From Narcine bancroftii (Eukaryota): a stretch of 64,000 nucleotides of DNA. The stretch spans positions 121,892,001 to 121,956,000 of the forward strand of contig NC_091472.1 of assembly GCF_036971445.1 (NCBI RefSeq), read 5' to 3'. Below are positions 35,657 to 48,184 of this stretch, in pieces; the stretch's first letter is position 1; each line of letters begins with the position of its first letter. Made by a program: the position numbers and the translations under genes. The notes under the pieces are model-generated. The model saw nothing but the letters and a program-made list of their open reading frames with translations. It had not been told where the DNA came from and searched no databases.

Positions 35657-35795
35657 NNNNNNNNNNNNNNNNNNNNNNNNNNNNNNNNNNNNNNNNNNNN
35701 NNNNNNNNNNNNNNNNNNNNNNNNNNNNNNNNNNNNNNNNNNNNNNNNNNNNNNNNNNNNNNNNNNNNNNNNNNNNNNNNNNNNNNNNNNNNNNN
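35657..35795. other. Assembly gap (139 N)
   Basis: Run of N. Confidence 1.
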
Positions 35796-35934
35796 GTGTC
35801 TGAGCGCTTGCCTGTGAGTATCTGTGAGAGAGAGAGAGAGAGAAAGAATTTTGGACAAGCTCCCAAGCTCCAGGAAGTTTGTTAGAGTTGGAGGAACCAG
35901 GCAGAAGTGGTGGGGGGTGGGGAGGGAAAAAGAG

Positions 35935-35935
<1 letters not shown>

Positions 35936-36012
<77 letters not shown>
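35936..36012. repeat. (TG)n microsatellite, about 38 units
   Basis: Perfect dinucleotide run. Confidence 0.99.
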
Positions 36013-36014
<2 letters not shown>

Positions 36015-36879
36015 TTCAGCCACAACACATGGGCTTTCCTGGTTACTCTCTCCCCAGCAACATGACAGCACAGCTTGGTTCTGTTTTAACACTTTAATGT
36101 GATGCTGCATTGCAAATTTCATGGAACCTACTTTTTTCCTGTTGCAATCACACCCAATAAAAATGTGCTTAACAGAAATGAAAGATTAAATAAACAGTAG
36201 GGCCCTGGAGAGTATTGTAGTGGGGTTGTTAGAGCAATGCTATGACAACGCCAGCAACACAGGTTTGAATCTGGCACTGTCTGAAAGGAGTTTGTACGTT
36301 CTTCCTGTCACCTGCACAGGTTTCCTCAAGGTCCTCTGGTTTCTTTACACGTCCCAAAGACGAACATGTTTGGTAGATAATTGGATGTAATGTAAATACA
36401 TAGGTTTCAATGGATCTACTGTGTGTTATTCAAAAAAAAAGGGAGACTTACAGGTACAGGTACATAATTCCATAAAAATGGTAGGGGTGCTGAAGAATGC
36501 ATTTGGTTTCACAGTCAGGGCATTGAGTACAGGAGCTGGGATGCCATTTTACAAATGTGCAGGACCTTGGTGAGACCACACTTTGGGTTTCGTGCACAGC
36601 TCTGGTCACCCACATGGAAGAACAATATCATTAAGCCGGAAAGGATGCAGAATATATTTAGGAGAATGCTACCAGGACTGACAGGCAAAGAGAACATTTG
36701 TATCCACAAGCTGGATTCATCAGAACTGATCAGGCATGATGGGTTGAGGTTAGGAGTGGGACTGCAGTATATTTAAATGAAATATAGGGGTGGCCCAGCT
36801 TAGAACTTTACCCGGCAGGAATATCTACTTTGAAATACTGCCATTATTTCCCCTTTCATGTCTTCTGAATGGTTCCATG

Positions 36880-37622
36880 GCATAGATCAGAGAACAGGGA
36901 AGCACAATACAGGCCCTTCAGCCCAGGATGTTGTACCGACCCATGTAAACCTATTCCATAACAATCTAAATCTGCCCAACCTCAGAGTCATTAACCCTAT
37001 TTTTTTTAATTATATCTATGTGCTCATCTACAAATCCTTTTAATTTCCCTCTTGTACCATTCTCCATCACTAGCCCTGACATCGAATTCCAGTCACCCAC
37101 CACTCTGTGTAAAAAGATCCATCCCTGACATCTCCCCTAAACTTTCCTCTGCTCAACATAAACATATTTTCTATTGTGGTCCCTGGAAAATGTTGCTGGC
37201 TGTCTATCCTATCCAAGCCCCTCATAATTTTAAATTCAGACATACAGCCCGGTAACAGGCCCTTCTGACCCTTAAGCCCGTGCTGCTCAATTGCACCCAA
37301 TTGACCTACAACCTCAGTACATTTTGAAGGGTGGGAGGAAACCAGAGCACCTGGAGGAAACCCACACAGACAACATTGTGTTAACCACTACACTAACCGT
37401 ACCACCCCTTAACAACTACACTAACCATGCCACCCTCTTATGTACCTCTTTTGAGTTACATCTAATTCTTTGTTGTTCCAAAGAGAATAGCCCCTAGCTC
37501 TGTCAATCTTACTTTATAAAACATGTTCTCCAACCCAATTAATATCCTGGTATATATCTTTTGCACCCTTTCCATAGCTTCTACATCCTTCCCGTAGTGA
37601 GGAGACCAGGACTAAATGCAAT
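36880..37622 (-). mobile_element. Older CR1 3' fragment hosting a V-SINE (about 37230-37435) and the young CR1; continues at about 39040-39255
   Basis: FKIMRGLDRIDSQQHFP..GKFRGDVR on the minus strand. HRSLKVAMQVERVVKEAY in the distal part. Confidence 0.75.
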
Positions 37623-39039
37623 ACATAACATAACATAACATAACAATTACAGCACGGAAACAGGCCATTAGGCCCTTCTAGTCCGCACCGAACCAAACAC
37701 CCCTTTCTAGTCCCACCTCCCTGCACAATGCCCATAACCCTCCATCTTCTTCTCATCCATATACCTGTCCAACCTTTTCTTAAATAATACAATTGACTCC
37801 GCCGCCACTATTTCTCCCGGAAGATCATTCCACACAGCTACCACTCTCTGAGTAAAGAAGTTCCCCCTCATGTTACCTCTAAACCTCTGCCCCTTAATTC
37901 TTAACTCATGTCCTCTTGTTTTAATCTTTCCTCCTCTTAACGGAAATAGTCTATCCACATCCATTCTGTCTATCCCTTTCATAATCTTAAATACTTCTAT
38001 CAAATCCCCTTTCAACCTTCTACGCTCCAAAGAATAAAGACCCAATCTGTCCAATCTCTCCCCATACTCCAGATGCTTAAATCCAGGCAACATTCTGGTA
38101 AACCTTCTCTGCACTCTCTCCACTCTGTTTATATCCTTCCTATAATTAGACGACCAGAACTGCACACAGAACTCCAAATTAGGCCGCACCAACGTCTTAT
38201 ACAATCTCAACATCACCTCCCAACTCCTATATTCCATGCAATGATTGATAAAGGCCAGCATACTAAAAGCCTTCTTCACCACCCTATTCACGTGAGTTTC
38301 TACCTTCAGGGAACGATGTACCGTAACTCCTAAATCTTTCTGCTCTTCTGTATTCCTCAATGCTCTCCCATTTACCACATATGTCCTATTCTGATTCTTC
38401 TTACCAAAATGAAGCACCTCACACTTATCAGCATTAAATTCCATCTGCCATTTTTCAGCCCACTTTTCTAAGCAGCCCAAATCCCTCTGCAATCCTTGAA
38501 AACCTTCTTCATTATCCACTATTCCACCTATCTTAGTATCGTCTGCATATTTACTAATCCAATTCACCACCCCATCATCTAGATCATTAATGTATATAAC
38601 GAACAACAATGGGCCCAATACAGATCCTTGAGGCACACCACTGGTCACCGGCCTCCAACCTGACAGACAATTATCCACTACCACTCTCTGGCCTCTCCCT
38701 TTCAGCCAATGTTCAATCCATTTGACTATCTCAAAATTTATACCTAAAGACTGCACCTTCCTAACTAACCTTCCATGTGGTACCTTATCGAAGGCCTTAC
38801 TGAAGTCCATATAGACAACATCCACTGCGCTACCCTCATCCACATTCCTAGTCACCTCTTCAAAAAATTCAATCAGATTGGTCAAACATGACCTTCCTCC
38901 CACAAATCCATGTTGAGTGCTCCTGATCAGACCCTGTCTATCCAGATGTTTATAAGTACTATCTCTAAGAATTTTCTCCATTAATTTACCTACCACAGAC
39001 GTCAAACTTACAGGCCGATAGTTGCCAGGCTTCCTCCTT
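37623..39039 (-). mobile_element. Young 5'-truncated CR1 LINE
   Basis: Uninterrupted ORF2 frame, intact 3' UTR and a pentanucleotide tail (cataa)n at about 37624-37644. Confidence 0.96.
37707..39005 (-). CDS. CR1 ORF2 reverse-transcriptase domain (432 aa open, N-terminally truncated)
   Basis: QHGFVGGRSCLTNL, YMDFSKAFDKVPH, SGVPQGSVLGP, YADD, KDLGV, RRLKGDLIEVFKI. No stops or frameshifts; endonuclease absent. Confidence 0.93.
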   Translation of the reverse strand: MTSVVGKLMEKILRDSTYKHLDRQGLIRSTQHGFVGGRSCLTNLIEFFEEVTRNVDEGSAVDVVYMDFSKAFDKVPHGRLVRKVQSLGINFEIVKWIEHWLKGRGQRVVVDNCLSGWRPVTSGVPQGSVLGPLLFVIYINDLDDGVVNWISKYADDTKIGGIVDNEEGFQGLQRDLGCLEKWAEKWQMEFNADKCEVLHFGKKNQNRTYVVNGRALRNTEEQKDLGVTVHRSLKVETHVNRVVKKAFSMLAFINHCMEYRSWEVMLRLYKTLVRPNLEFCVQFWSSNYRKDINRVERVQRRFTRMLPGFKHLEYGERLDRLGLYSLERRRLKGDLIEVFKIMKGIDRMDVDRLFPLRGGKIKTRGHELRIKGQRFRGNMRGNFFTQRVVAVWNDLPGEIVAAESIVLFKKRLDRYMDEKKMEGYGHCAGRWD

Positions 39040-39769
39040 GACTTTTGTAGAACTGCAACGTTACCTCAAGGCTCTTGCACTCAATTCCCCTGACTAATGA
39101 AGGCTATAAGCCTCCTTAACCACCCTCTCAACTTGCATGGCAACCTTGAGGGATCTATGGGCAGACCCCAAGATCCTCTGTTCCTCCCCACTGATCAATC
39201 CATATACCAAGTAATCTGCCTTCAAGTTCAACCTTCCAAAGTGCTTCACTTTAGTGCATCTTTTATGGTCATTTGTGATTGGTGCATTACACAGCCACTG
39301 GGAGCAGTGCTCCCTGTACAAGTCAAAATATTGGCTTAGTGGCAGGCTACTTGACTATGGAAATATAACAGTGACAGGACCTTGTTTAAAATCCACCTTC
39401 CTGTTCAACTCCATGTTTCAGATTCAACAATGTTTGATGAGGTTCAGAATGATGATGGTGAATCCTGGTCTTAATTAGACCCCCCCAAAGCAGACGAGAT
39501 TAGCAATTTACAACCAACATGATTAAAATGCACAAATTCATCAGTCCCTCGAACACGATGACAGTTGATCAGCTCTCAGTGCACTAAATGCAGACAGGTT
39601 AAGTCCAGCATCGAGAACTCTCGACTAAAGCCCCTGTTTGTGCGTTAAATACTCAATCACCACTTGCTTTATGGGTTCCAGTGGGCTCTGACCCCCAACT
39701 TAACCACCTCACCATTATACCATGTATACCACGAGGGGTTGGACACTCCGGGGTAGCAGCAGAGTGGCA

Positions 39770-40268
39770 CAGGGCACCAGAAACAGGGAGAACACCCCCG
39801 CATCCCCGTTGAGGAGAAACATGACCCTACGGAATGGTATCCACTGCAGTATACCAATGAGGGGCTCAGTGGCTAAAGGACCCACATAGGCTGCGGGCTG
39901 CTGGTGACTAGCTCACGGGAACCAGGTTTTAGAACTGGGATTTGAGCGGATGCTGAGGGCAAGAAGGGTTCCGAAAGGGCCTCAGCTTCCTGCTTATATT
40001 GAAGTTTTGGATCTGGAGCTCAGGTCGCCAATGGGTTGAACTGGAGTCTGTGTGACTGAAGAGGTTGCAGGAGTGCTGGAGGCAAATCCACAAACACTCA
40101 GTGTCTCTGAAGGGGCTCTCTTTTACTCTCTTTCTTTGAAATTTAGGGGTGCTGAGCAATGCTCTTGGCAACTGTTTGCGTTTGAGCGGATAGAGTTTGA
40201 TATGATATATATTACATTTTAATGTAATATATTACAAGACAAAAGAAAGAACATTTGAACATTGAAAC
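39770..40268 (+). mobile_element. Unclassified non-autonomous retroelement (family of 6350-6980)
   Basis: Shared blocks ctcaggt(c/t)gc, (a/g)g(t/c)gctggaggc(a/g)aatccac..actcagtg. Tail gacaaaagaaagaacatttgaacattgaa. Confidence 0.6.
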
Positions 40269-40699
40269 CACTGTAAGAAAAATGTATACATTTACTTTCA
40301 GTAAGTATGCAGAGACAATTCAATATTTAAACCGTTAACATAATTTTAATTACCTTTTGATTTGTGTGCCCAAATTGCTGCTATCTAACCCTATTAACCC
40401 TCCAGTAGAAATAATTCTCCCTACTTCCCCTCCCTAAACTGGAATTAGGTCCAGCTTCAGGGATTTACACCTCTCAAGTCTGACAACTCCCAATATTGTC
40501 CTCTTAACTGCTATGGATTATGGATTTAAGTAATTGTAGACTGACAAAATGTTCAGAGAGCATCACTCACTTACTGTTCCAAGAAACTTATTTTTAGAGT
40601 TTTCATTCTGCCATAAATAAAAATTATCTCTATCCATGCAAACAATTGCCCTCATTCTTACAGTCGATGGTCTCTCCTTGGATTGGGATGTCCCTGATC

Positions 40700-41645
40700 A
40701 TGGAAGACATCTAGTGAGATGCTGCCTCAAGAAGGCAGCCAACAAGCTAAAAGACCCTCATTACATCCTTTTCTCTCTGCTACTTTTGGGCAGAAGGTAC
40801 AGAAACCTGAAATCCAGTACCTCGAAGGTTCAACAACAGCTAGCAGGCTCTTGAACCTCCCCATGTGACACTAATCATCGTCTGCTCCGACACCTCAAAC
40901 GGACTGCCTGCACTATTGCAGACACTTTGTTCCTTGCACTAGGGTAACTGTGAATATGGATTAACTATTTTAATTTCATTGTCTGTTTTTAATTCAATTT
41001 GTGCATACTATTGGAGTGATTTTTTTAAAAATTCTGCTGCAGCATTCAAGAATTTCAGTGCCTATGTACACTACAATGTACTGCATATATGCATATAGTA
41101 GTCAAATATTGTGGGCCAACCTTTAGGGTAAAATTTAGGAAGTCGACTATTACACGCATACTACTTTTAACTGAAGCAAGGACTTGCATCGTTCAAAGTG
41201 TCAGGTGCTTGGATGGACACGCTGGTGGCTGGGACTGGGTAGTAACACAACTGGTGTGTTGGAAGCTTGCATGGGCAGTTGGGCAGCCAGGACTGGGTAG
41301 TATCTCTGAGTTTGGTGTGTTGGGAGCTTGGATGGGCAGGTGGGCAGAGCCCATGGTCAAAGAGTTTGGAGCTGTGGTGGGCAGGTGCCAAAGCCTGGGA
41401 GAGAGTTGGTGGTCAGGAGCTCAGATGGGCAGCCAGCTGGGGCCTAGGCAAGAGTCTGTGGTCGAAGCATTGGGAGCTCCAATGATCAAGCAGCCAGGGC
41501 CAAAAATGGGGCTGGGGCGGGGGGGGGGGGGTCACCTTTTACATGCAATATATGGAAAATACCAGATTTCTGGGCTAAATATAGGAGGTCAACTTTTACA
41601 TGGAAGCAACTATTACATGCATATATATGGTATTTGATAATAAAT
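40700..41645 (+). mobile_element. Rex1/Babar 3' fragment
   Basis: RCCLKKAANKLKDPHYILFSLLLLGRRYRNLKS. The tail ..tacaatgta|tttgataataaa is split by a MITE. Confidence 0.75.
41081..41630. mobile_element. Tc1/mariner (pogo/Tc2-like) MITE
   Basis: About 23-bp TIRs ctgcatatatgcatatagtagtc / aactattacatgcatatatatgg. TA TSD at 41079-41080 and 41631-41632. Repeated subterminal gtc(a/g)act(a/t)ttaca motifs. Confidence 0.85.
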
Positions 41646-42697
41646 GAGTATCTCCCCTCTAAGTCTCCTGAAACCAGCTCCTTGACCAAGTCTTTGGTTA
41701 ATTTGTCTGATATCTCTTTATGTGGTTCAACATCATACATTGTTTAATAACACTTCTGTGAAGTGCAAAAGGATAATTTATTATGTTAAAGGTGCTAAAT
41801 GAGTACAAGTTGCTGGTATATGGCACCTTCCCAAATGCTGTGCCAAAAGTCAAAGTAAATCTCATTACTCTATTCCCTTCCTATTCATTTTTTTTGCAGT
41901 GTTTACCAAGGTCTGGCATGACTCACCCTTCAATAACCTGTATCTGCTCATATTAATTCTGGCACTATTTTGGATGTATCCTTATTATAGACCTGTTATT
42001 TACAAATGATGGCCTCTCTCCATCTCTTAGCTCAGGGGTTTAACCTGGTGAGAGAGCTGTATAGAAGAGGGCCCTACTTTCCCTTGGGAGAAAGGTCAAA
42101 AACCAGAGGAATGGCTGGAAGAAAAGGAAACTATTCATTTAAAACACAAGCCCGAGGAACTCTGGGTCTCATGGCCTGAACAGATAGTGGAACACAGATC
42201 TTCACATGTGAAGAGATGCGTGGCTGGTCCTCTATAGGACACTGACAATAACAATGACTTTCTCTACATCATGACATTTTCCATAATCCAATCATCTCCT
42301 TTCCCGTCAAACATTATTCCCCTGCAACAACATTTAGGAGAATGATATTTCTATTATTTCTTAGAATTGATGTGGAAAGTTACAGCACTGAGGTAGCAAT
42401 TCAGCCCATCGAGTTCATACATGATCTTTGCAACAGCAATCCAGTTGGCTCCATTCCCTGGGTCTTTTACAATACTTGGCATTTTTTACCCCTTCTCGAA
42501 CTTACCAAATTTCTCTCACAAGCACAATTGTAAATGCATCATCCTTGTAAGGAGTTAATTCCATTTGTAACTACATTCTGAAGTAAAATATTTTCCTGAA
42601 ATTTAATTTGGTTTCTTTGCTAATCACCTTAAATCTTTGCCTTCTATCTCTGGACCCTTCTGTCAACAGGAATAGTTTACTCTTTATTGCAGGACAT

Positions 42698-43010
42698 TGG
42701 ATGGCAGAGTAGCACAGCAAGCAAAGTTGTTGCCTACCAACTCCAGTGATCCAGGTTTGATCCTGACTTCTGATGATATCTATCTAGAGTATCCCTGTGG
42801 CTGTGTGGGCTTCTTTCAGTTGCTGTGGTCTCCTCCTTCATCCCAAAGATATGCAGGTTGGTTATTTAATTGGTAACAGCAAATTGGCCCTAGTGTGTAG
42901 GCGAGAGGTAAATCAGAGGGAGTTGAGGAGAGAATAAAGTGGGATTAGTGTGAGTGTTAAGATAGGTTGGTGCAGGTTCAGCTGGCTGAAGGGTCTATTT
43001 CTGTTCTTAT
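42698..43010 (+). mobile_element. Full-length old V-type (HE1-like) SINE
   Basis: A-box/B-box-like head (ggcagagtagc..ggtttgatcc), V core ..tcccaaagatatgcaggtt..aaattggccctagtgtgt, and a CR1-like tail. Confidence 0.75.
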
Positions 43011-44149
43011 CTGACCAGAACAATCCCAGTTCCTCCTTGTAACCTCACCCTACCGTACTAAATCTCTTCTGCATGAACTCTTTAAGGTCATCACATACTT
43101 CCAGTTGGAAATGAACAGAATTGTAAAACAATACTGCAACTGCAATTGTGTGAGTGTTTCGCTTAATGAGGCTTTCCTTGCTTCCCTCCAGATTATTGGC
43201 TGCAGTACACAAGATTCTTGTGATTTATCCATCCAAACCCTGAGCATTTCTAGTCATCATTTCTCCTTGAAGAACATTTGTTATTTGCTCCATGCCTCCA
43301 CCTCAACATCCATCCGTGAAAATAAAGGCAAGACGTACAAATGAGTTAAACAAGAAAGTCTGCAGACACAGTGGTTGCAGTGCAATGCACAAAAGTGCTG
43401 GAGAAACTCAACGGGTTATGCAGCATCAATAGGAAGTAAACAACATTTTGGGCCAGATCTCTCTGCCAAGGGATGAGCAAAAAGCAAGTAGGCACTGAAA
43501 CAAAAAGGTTGGGGGAGGGGGGGAGGAGAGGAGAGGAGAGGAAGGGGAAGGGAAGGAGTACAGACCAACAGGAAAGAGGTCATTGGTGGATATAGGTTCC
43601 CAGTGTTTTTCTCATCTATGCTTCCACCTATATTCATCTGTGACCTCTTACTTGTACTCTTCTCCCTACCCCTTCCTTCCCCACCTCCTCTTCTCCCCTT
43701 ACTTACAACTAACCCCCATACATCTTTGGAATGTGGGAGGAAACTAGAGTGGGGAGAATGCACAAACTCCTTGCAGACAGCGATGGGTTCGAACCTGGCT
43801 CGCTGGCGCTGCAATAATGTGCTACCTTAATTTATGTTTCATGTTCTAAAAAAAAATCATCCTCACAAAACATTTCCTGCTCCCAGATTTTAGAGAAAAA
43901 CTTCCACAATTATACCTCTTTTGTTAACATATAATTAATCTTCCTTCATCTTTTTTTAAATTTCGATTTATATGCACCTGCTAGAATTATGCATCACAAT
44001 CCTTACCTAACTTGATTGGTATAATTTAAAACTTTTAGTGCAGCCGCTGCAAATTATTATTCTTGTTCTGGTGTATTCCTTTGTTTTTCTGATTGCCGAG
44101 GTGCTAATTAAGAGAAGGAAGGTGGAAACAAGACTGTTAAATAAGAGGC

Positions 44150-44385
44150 ATATGGGCTATTACAGCACCAGCACCCCAGATTCGAATCCAGCACTGACTG
44201 TAAGGAGCTTGTACATTCTCCCCATATATATGTGGGTTTCTACCCCCCACCCACAGGTGTCCCAGTTTCCTTCCACTCTCCAAAACATACAGGGATTATA
44301 AGTTAATTGTGGTATTTCGCCAGTACTGGCTTGTGGGCTGGAAGGGCCTGTTACCATGCTACATGTCCCAATTTAAACATTTAAT
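44150..44385 (+). mobile_element. V-type SINE
   Basis: ttacagcacc..gattcgaatcc..ctgtaaggagcttgtacattctccc..gaagggcctgttacc. Confidence 0.8.
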
Positions 44386-44394
44386 ATGAATTTA

Positions 44395-44705
44395 AGGAAC
44401 CCATTGAAAGAACCAAAGACTTGTTGATCCAAACCAAGGCTTTTATTAACTAAAAGACTGGAGCATATCACAAGTAGGTCGACCAGTCCAAAATGACCTG
44501 GTCTGGCTAGGAGCAATCCTTTAAGACCTCCCAGTAGGTGTGGCTACACTCTCAGCCAATCACAGTCATCCAACACGACCATCTGTATATATACACATTG
44601 GTGATAGAATCTATACTATCACATTCATCCCTTCTTTGAGGACCGACCCCAGGGTGGATGGAGGTTAGGGGCTGTACTGGTCAGGGGGTCTGACCATCTG
44701 GCCCC
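44395..44705 (-). mobile_element. Gypsy 3' LTR with PPT and a short internal stub
   Basis: Minus strand: PPT aagaagggatgaa then TGTGATAG at 44623, and agttaataaaagc poly(A) context. Same ..tgaa|TG junction as provirus 1. Outer LTR end is uncertain. Confidence 0.75.
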
Positions 44706-46727
44706 GCAAACAAAGCCCCAAAATAAAAGAAAGAAAAGAAAAAGAAGATAGATAAGCAAAGAAGGAACAGAAAAGCAGTAAAAAAGGAGAAGTAACTGTC
44801 AAGATCTGGTATCCAGTTCAGAGGATCTAATTCCTTTTCTTGCCTAGATCTCAAATAGCAGAAAGAATGAGGACGTAGAACTCACAATCAGAATAAGTAT
44901 CCCTAAATATGGAACTCTGTGTTCCACAAGGATGGCTGTCATTCCTGCAAAAACATATTATACTTCTTCCTTAAAATGTAAGTAATTTTCTCCAGAGGAA
45001 CACAACTCTGCATTCCTGCATTCCATCACGCTATATGCAAAGGAGAATCAGACATCCAAGTTACCAAAATACACGTCCTGGTCACCGTGAATGCAATTTT
45101 AAGAAATTCTTATTGGTACTTGGACAGCCTCATTTTGGGTCTTATTGTACACCTTTAGACTTTTTGGCAATTGTTTCCCAATAATCTGGTCGAATAAAAT
45201 GCCTAATTTTCCCCAAAAATGTTTCACTTTAGAGCATGATCAGGTGGAATTTAAAAAGATTCCAGTTTCTTCACCACATCTAAAAGATATATCCAATATA
45301 TTAGAATTTAATTTATGTAATTTCTGCAGGGTAAGATATAGCTGATACAAAAAGATTATATTGCACCAATCTATATCTTACACTTATTACAATGGTTATG
45401 CTGTCCTGACACAAATTGGACCAGTTCTTATCACCATTACCAATATTCAAGTCTGATTCCCATCCTTGTTTTGATTTATAAAACTCCCATTTGGGAGTGC
45501 CTGACTGAAGTAAGGAGTACATGGCTGATGTAAACTTTCTTGTGTTCCCCTTTTGAACCAGAATCTCCATTTCACTGCACTCTGGTAACATCATCTGAAG
45601 AAAGTTCTTAATTGAAAGTAGCAGAAGATTGTGTTGTTAAGATTTTTTTTTTAACTGTTCAGATGGCATTAGCTGCCCTTGCACATAACAATCTTCCACA
45701 TGCCTGATTGCTTTATGGGACCATGTAAGTAGAATCTTATTATCTATTGCTAAAGGAATTTATCTATTTTGAATCAAGGGTATTTTTGGAGATTTTTTTT
45801 CCCTTTGTTCCAATTATTCAGTCTGTACCAAATATTCAAAATATGCTTATTACGTCAAAAGTTATAAATTTGATTCAAGCCCTATATAATGAACCTAAGG
45901 CCAGAGTTGTGACAAATGACCAAGTATCTCCAGCATTTCCCACTGTCCAGATCTATCAGGCAAGGATGTCCATTATCTCTGGCTCATTTATCTTGGCTAT
46001 AGAACTTTTGGCAGAAATTATTTGACATTAAGGGGTTTAGGGTTGACCAAGATGAACATAAAAATGAGTCTGTTTGCAGATAATGTATTAATATAGCTGA
46101 CAGAACTGGAAACTTCTTTGCAAAAGTCGCATTTACAACTGGAAGACTAAGGGAGGATCTCTGGGTAGAAAATAAATTGAGATAAAAGTGAGATTGTGCC
46201 ATTAATTCATGGGGATTATCCAAATTGTCAAAGAAATATGCATTTGGTTTGGTGAACAATGGGATTAAATATTTGGGAATCAAAACAGATAATGACGAAA
46301 AATGTGTATAAAATGAACAATCTCCCCTTGTTTAAAAAAAATTGAAGACTTAAATAAATCTTTAACTCTTCTGATAACTTTGATTGGAAGAATTAATTGT
46401 GTTAAAATGAATATATTCTCACATGCACAGTACCCCTTTTAGACTCTTCCAATACCATTACCACAGATTTATTTTTTCAAAATTTGAATAAATTAATTAG
46501 GAAGCTTCTTTGGAAAGGTAAGTTAGCCAGAATCTCCATGAAAAAAAAATAACTTGTAAATATGGGGGGTGTGCAACTCCCAAATTTTAAATATTATTAC
46601 TGGGCAGCCCAGATGAAATCTGTCACTTCCCTCTTTGATGGAAGAGGCGAGTCTTCCTGGGTGGAAATTGAACTGCACAAGGTCAGAGAGAGAGGGAGAG
46701 TAGCAGAAGATCTCGTAATATAAATCT
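44705..46727 (-). mobile_element. L1-type LINE with a 5' inversion
   Basis: 44705-45850 (-) is the ORF2 C-terminus (ISVRYRLVQYN..). 45853-46727 (+) is RT (IQALYNEPKARVVTN, SLFADN, IKYLGI, GGVQLPNFKYYYWAAQ). Confidence 0.85.
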
Positions 46728-47619
46728 ATTTCTGGTGGAAAAGAAGCACCTTTAACAGAGCACATTTGGAACACTTGCTGCCCTCTCTCTATTGCTAGCA
46801 CATGTTTCATCTTCGGTTTTCCTTTCAATCCGCGTCTCCTAATTTCTCCGAACTGACATCAAAATAAGTTGCACCATGCTCCATCATTGACATCCAGACC
46901 CCTTGAGCTACAAAGACCACCCAGGTACCACACTTCATGGCTTGCTGGCAACACTCCAAGAAGCACCTTGGGATGTTTTACTAAAACCTGAATGCAAACT
47001 GTTACGCAGCACCATTTGGAAAAGTGACTGCTAAATGGAGCATTCAACTCTATTACATAGAGCCGGAGTCTCCCGGCATCATCAGGGTGGAACTGTGTCC
47101 AAAGCCGCACCTCTTCCTGGGAAGTCTACACTTCCTATCCAACTTCTTGGGACCCAAGATCAAAATGGCATTGACCCTAGCTTTTAATTTAATTGAATTT
47201 CATTGCTAAAAGTCTTTGGAATAAAAAGGAACTAGACAGATTGTTTTCTTTCCAAGTGCTTAAATTGATGTGACCTGCAAGGCACTGCTTGATAGATGGT
47301 GGAAGTAAGTGAAATAATCTTTAAAGAAAATGGAACCTCCATTTTTGAACAAGATGTCTCTTACCAATTTTTATAGATGGACAATGGAAACTATTCATCA
47401 CAACTTGGTCTAGGAATTACTCTGCCCAAGACCACAAGAAACAGCAGAGAGTGGTAAATGCAGTTCACACCATCGGGTATCCAACCATCCCACTATCAAC
47501 TCCACCTACACTTCCCACTGCCTTTGGAAAATGGCCCACTTGTATTTAATGTAATTCTCCACTTGTGTATATATTCAATATAACTCAATAAACAGATTGA
47601 AAATGAAAGTGGCCAACTT

Positions 47620-47879
47620 TTGTTTCCAATCTCCTCCCTTCGGAGGCTACAAATGAACACAAACAATCTACTACTAATAATAAGGTAAACATTGGGTTAA
47701 AAAAACTACTTAATCTTACAAAGTTTGAAAATAATTAAGAAAGGAACCCCATAAAGAAACAAAGTTAAGATTCATTTCAGTCATGGAACATCTAACCTTT
47801 TTCCAAGTCAGACTTGCCATCATATCAGACAACGAGTGGGAGTGACAGCATCTTTCCATCTCATTAAAATGGCTCTTCT
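47620..47879 (-). mobile_element. L1 3' fragment inside a Rex1 remnant (about 47380-48190)
   Basis: LSDMMASLTWKKVR..FVSLWGSFLNYF on the minus strand. A tiny plus-strand L1-like tail lies at 47542-47607. Confidence 0.65.
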
Positions 47880-48184
47880 TGCAGTTCACACCATCCGTCC
47901 AACCATCGACTCCACTTGCACTTTCCACTGCCTAAGGTAAGTGGCCAACTTCTTAAAAGACCCACTGCAGTCACACTCTCTTCTCCCTATTCCCACTAGG
48001 CAGAAAATACAAGTGCTTGAAAACATGAACCACCACATTCAAGGGCAGTTTCGTCCCTGCTGCTATCAGACTGATGCTGCCCTTGCACTGTTTTTAAACA
48101 GAACCTTTTGTCTAAAACACTATAAATTACACTTTTGTTTTATTTTGCACTACCTGTTATGCTCAATGGATAGAAAGCAAATCA

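Noticed and set aside
35395-36122. ORFs with poly-X, HT or CV repeats
   Set aside because: Artefacts of the N gap and the (TG)n microsatellite.
41089-41637. 182-aa G/W-rich ORF
   Set aside because: It lies within a MITE whose interior is low-complexity G-rich repeat, with no transposase motifs.
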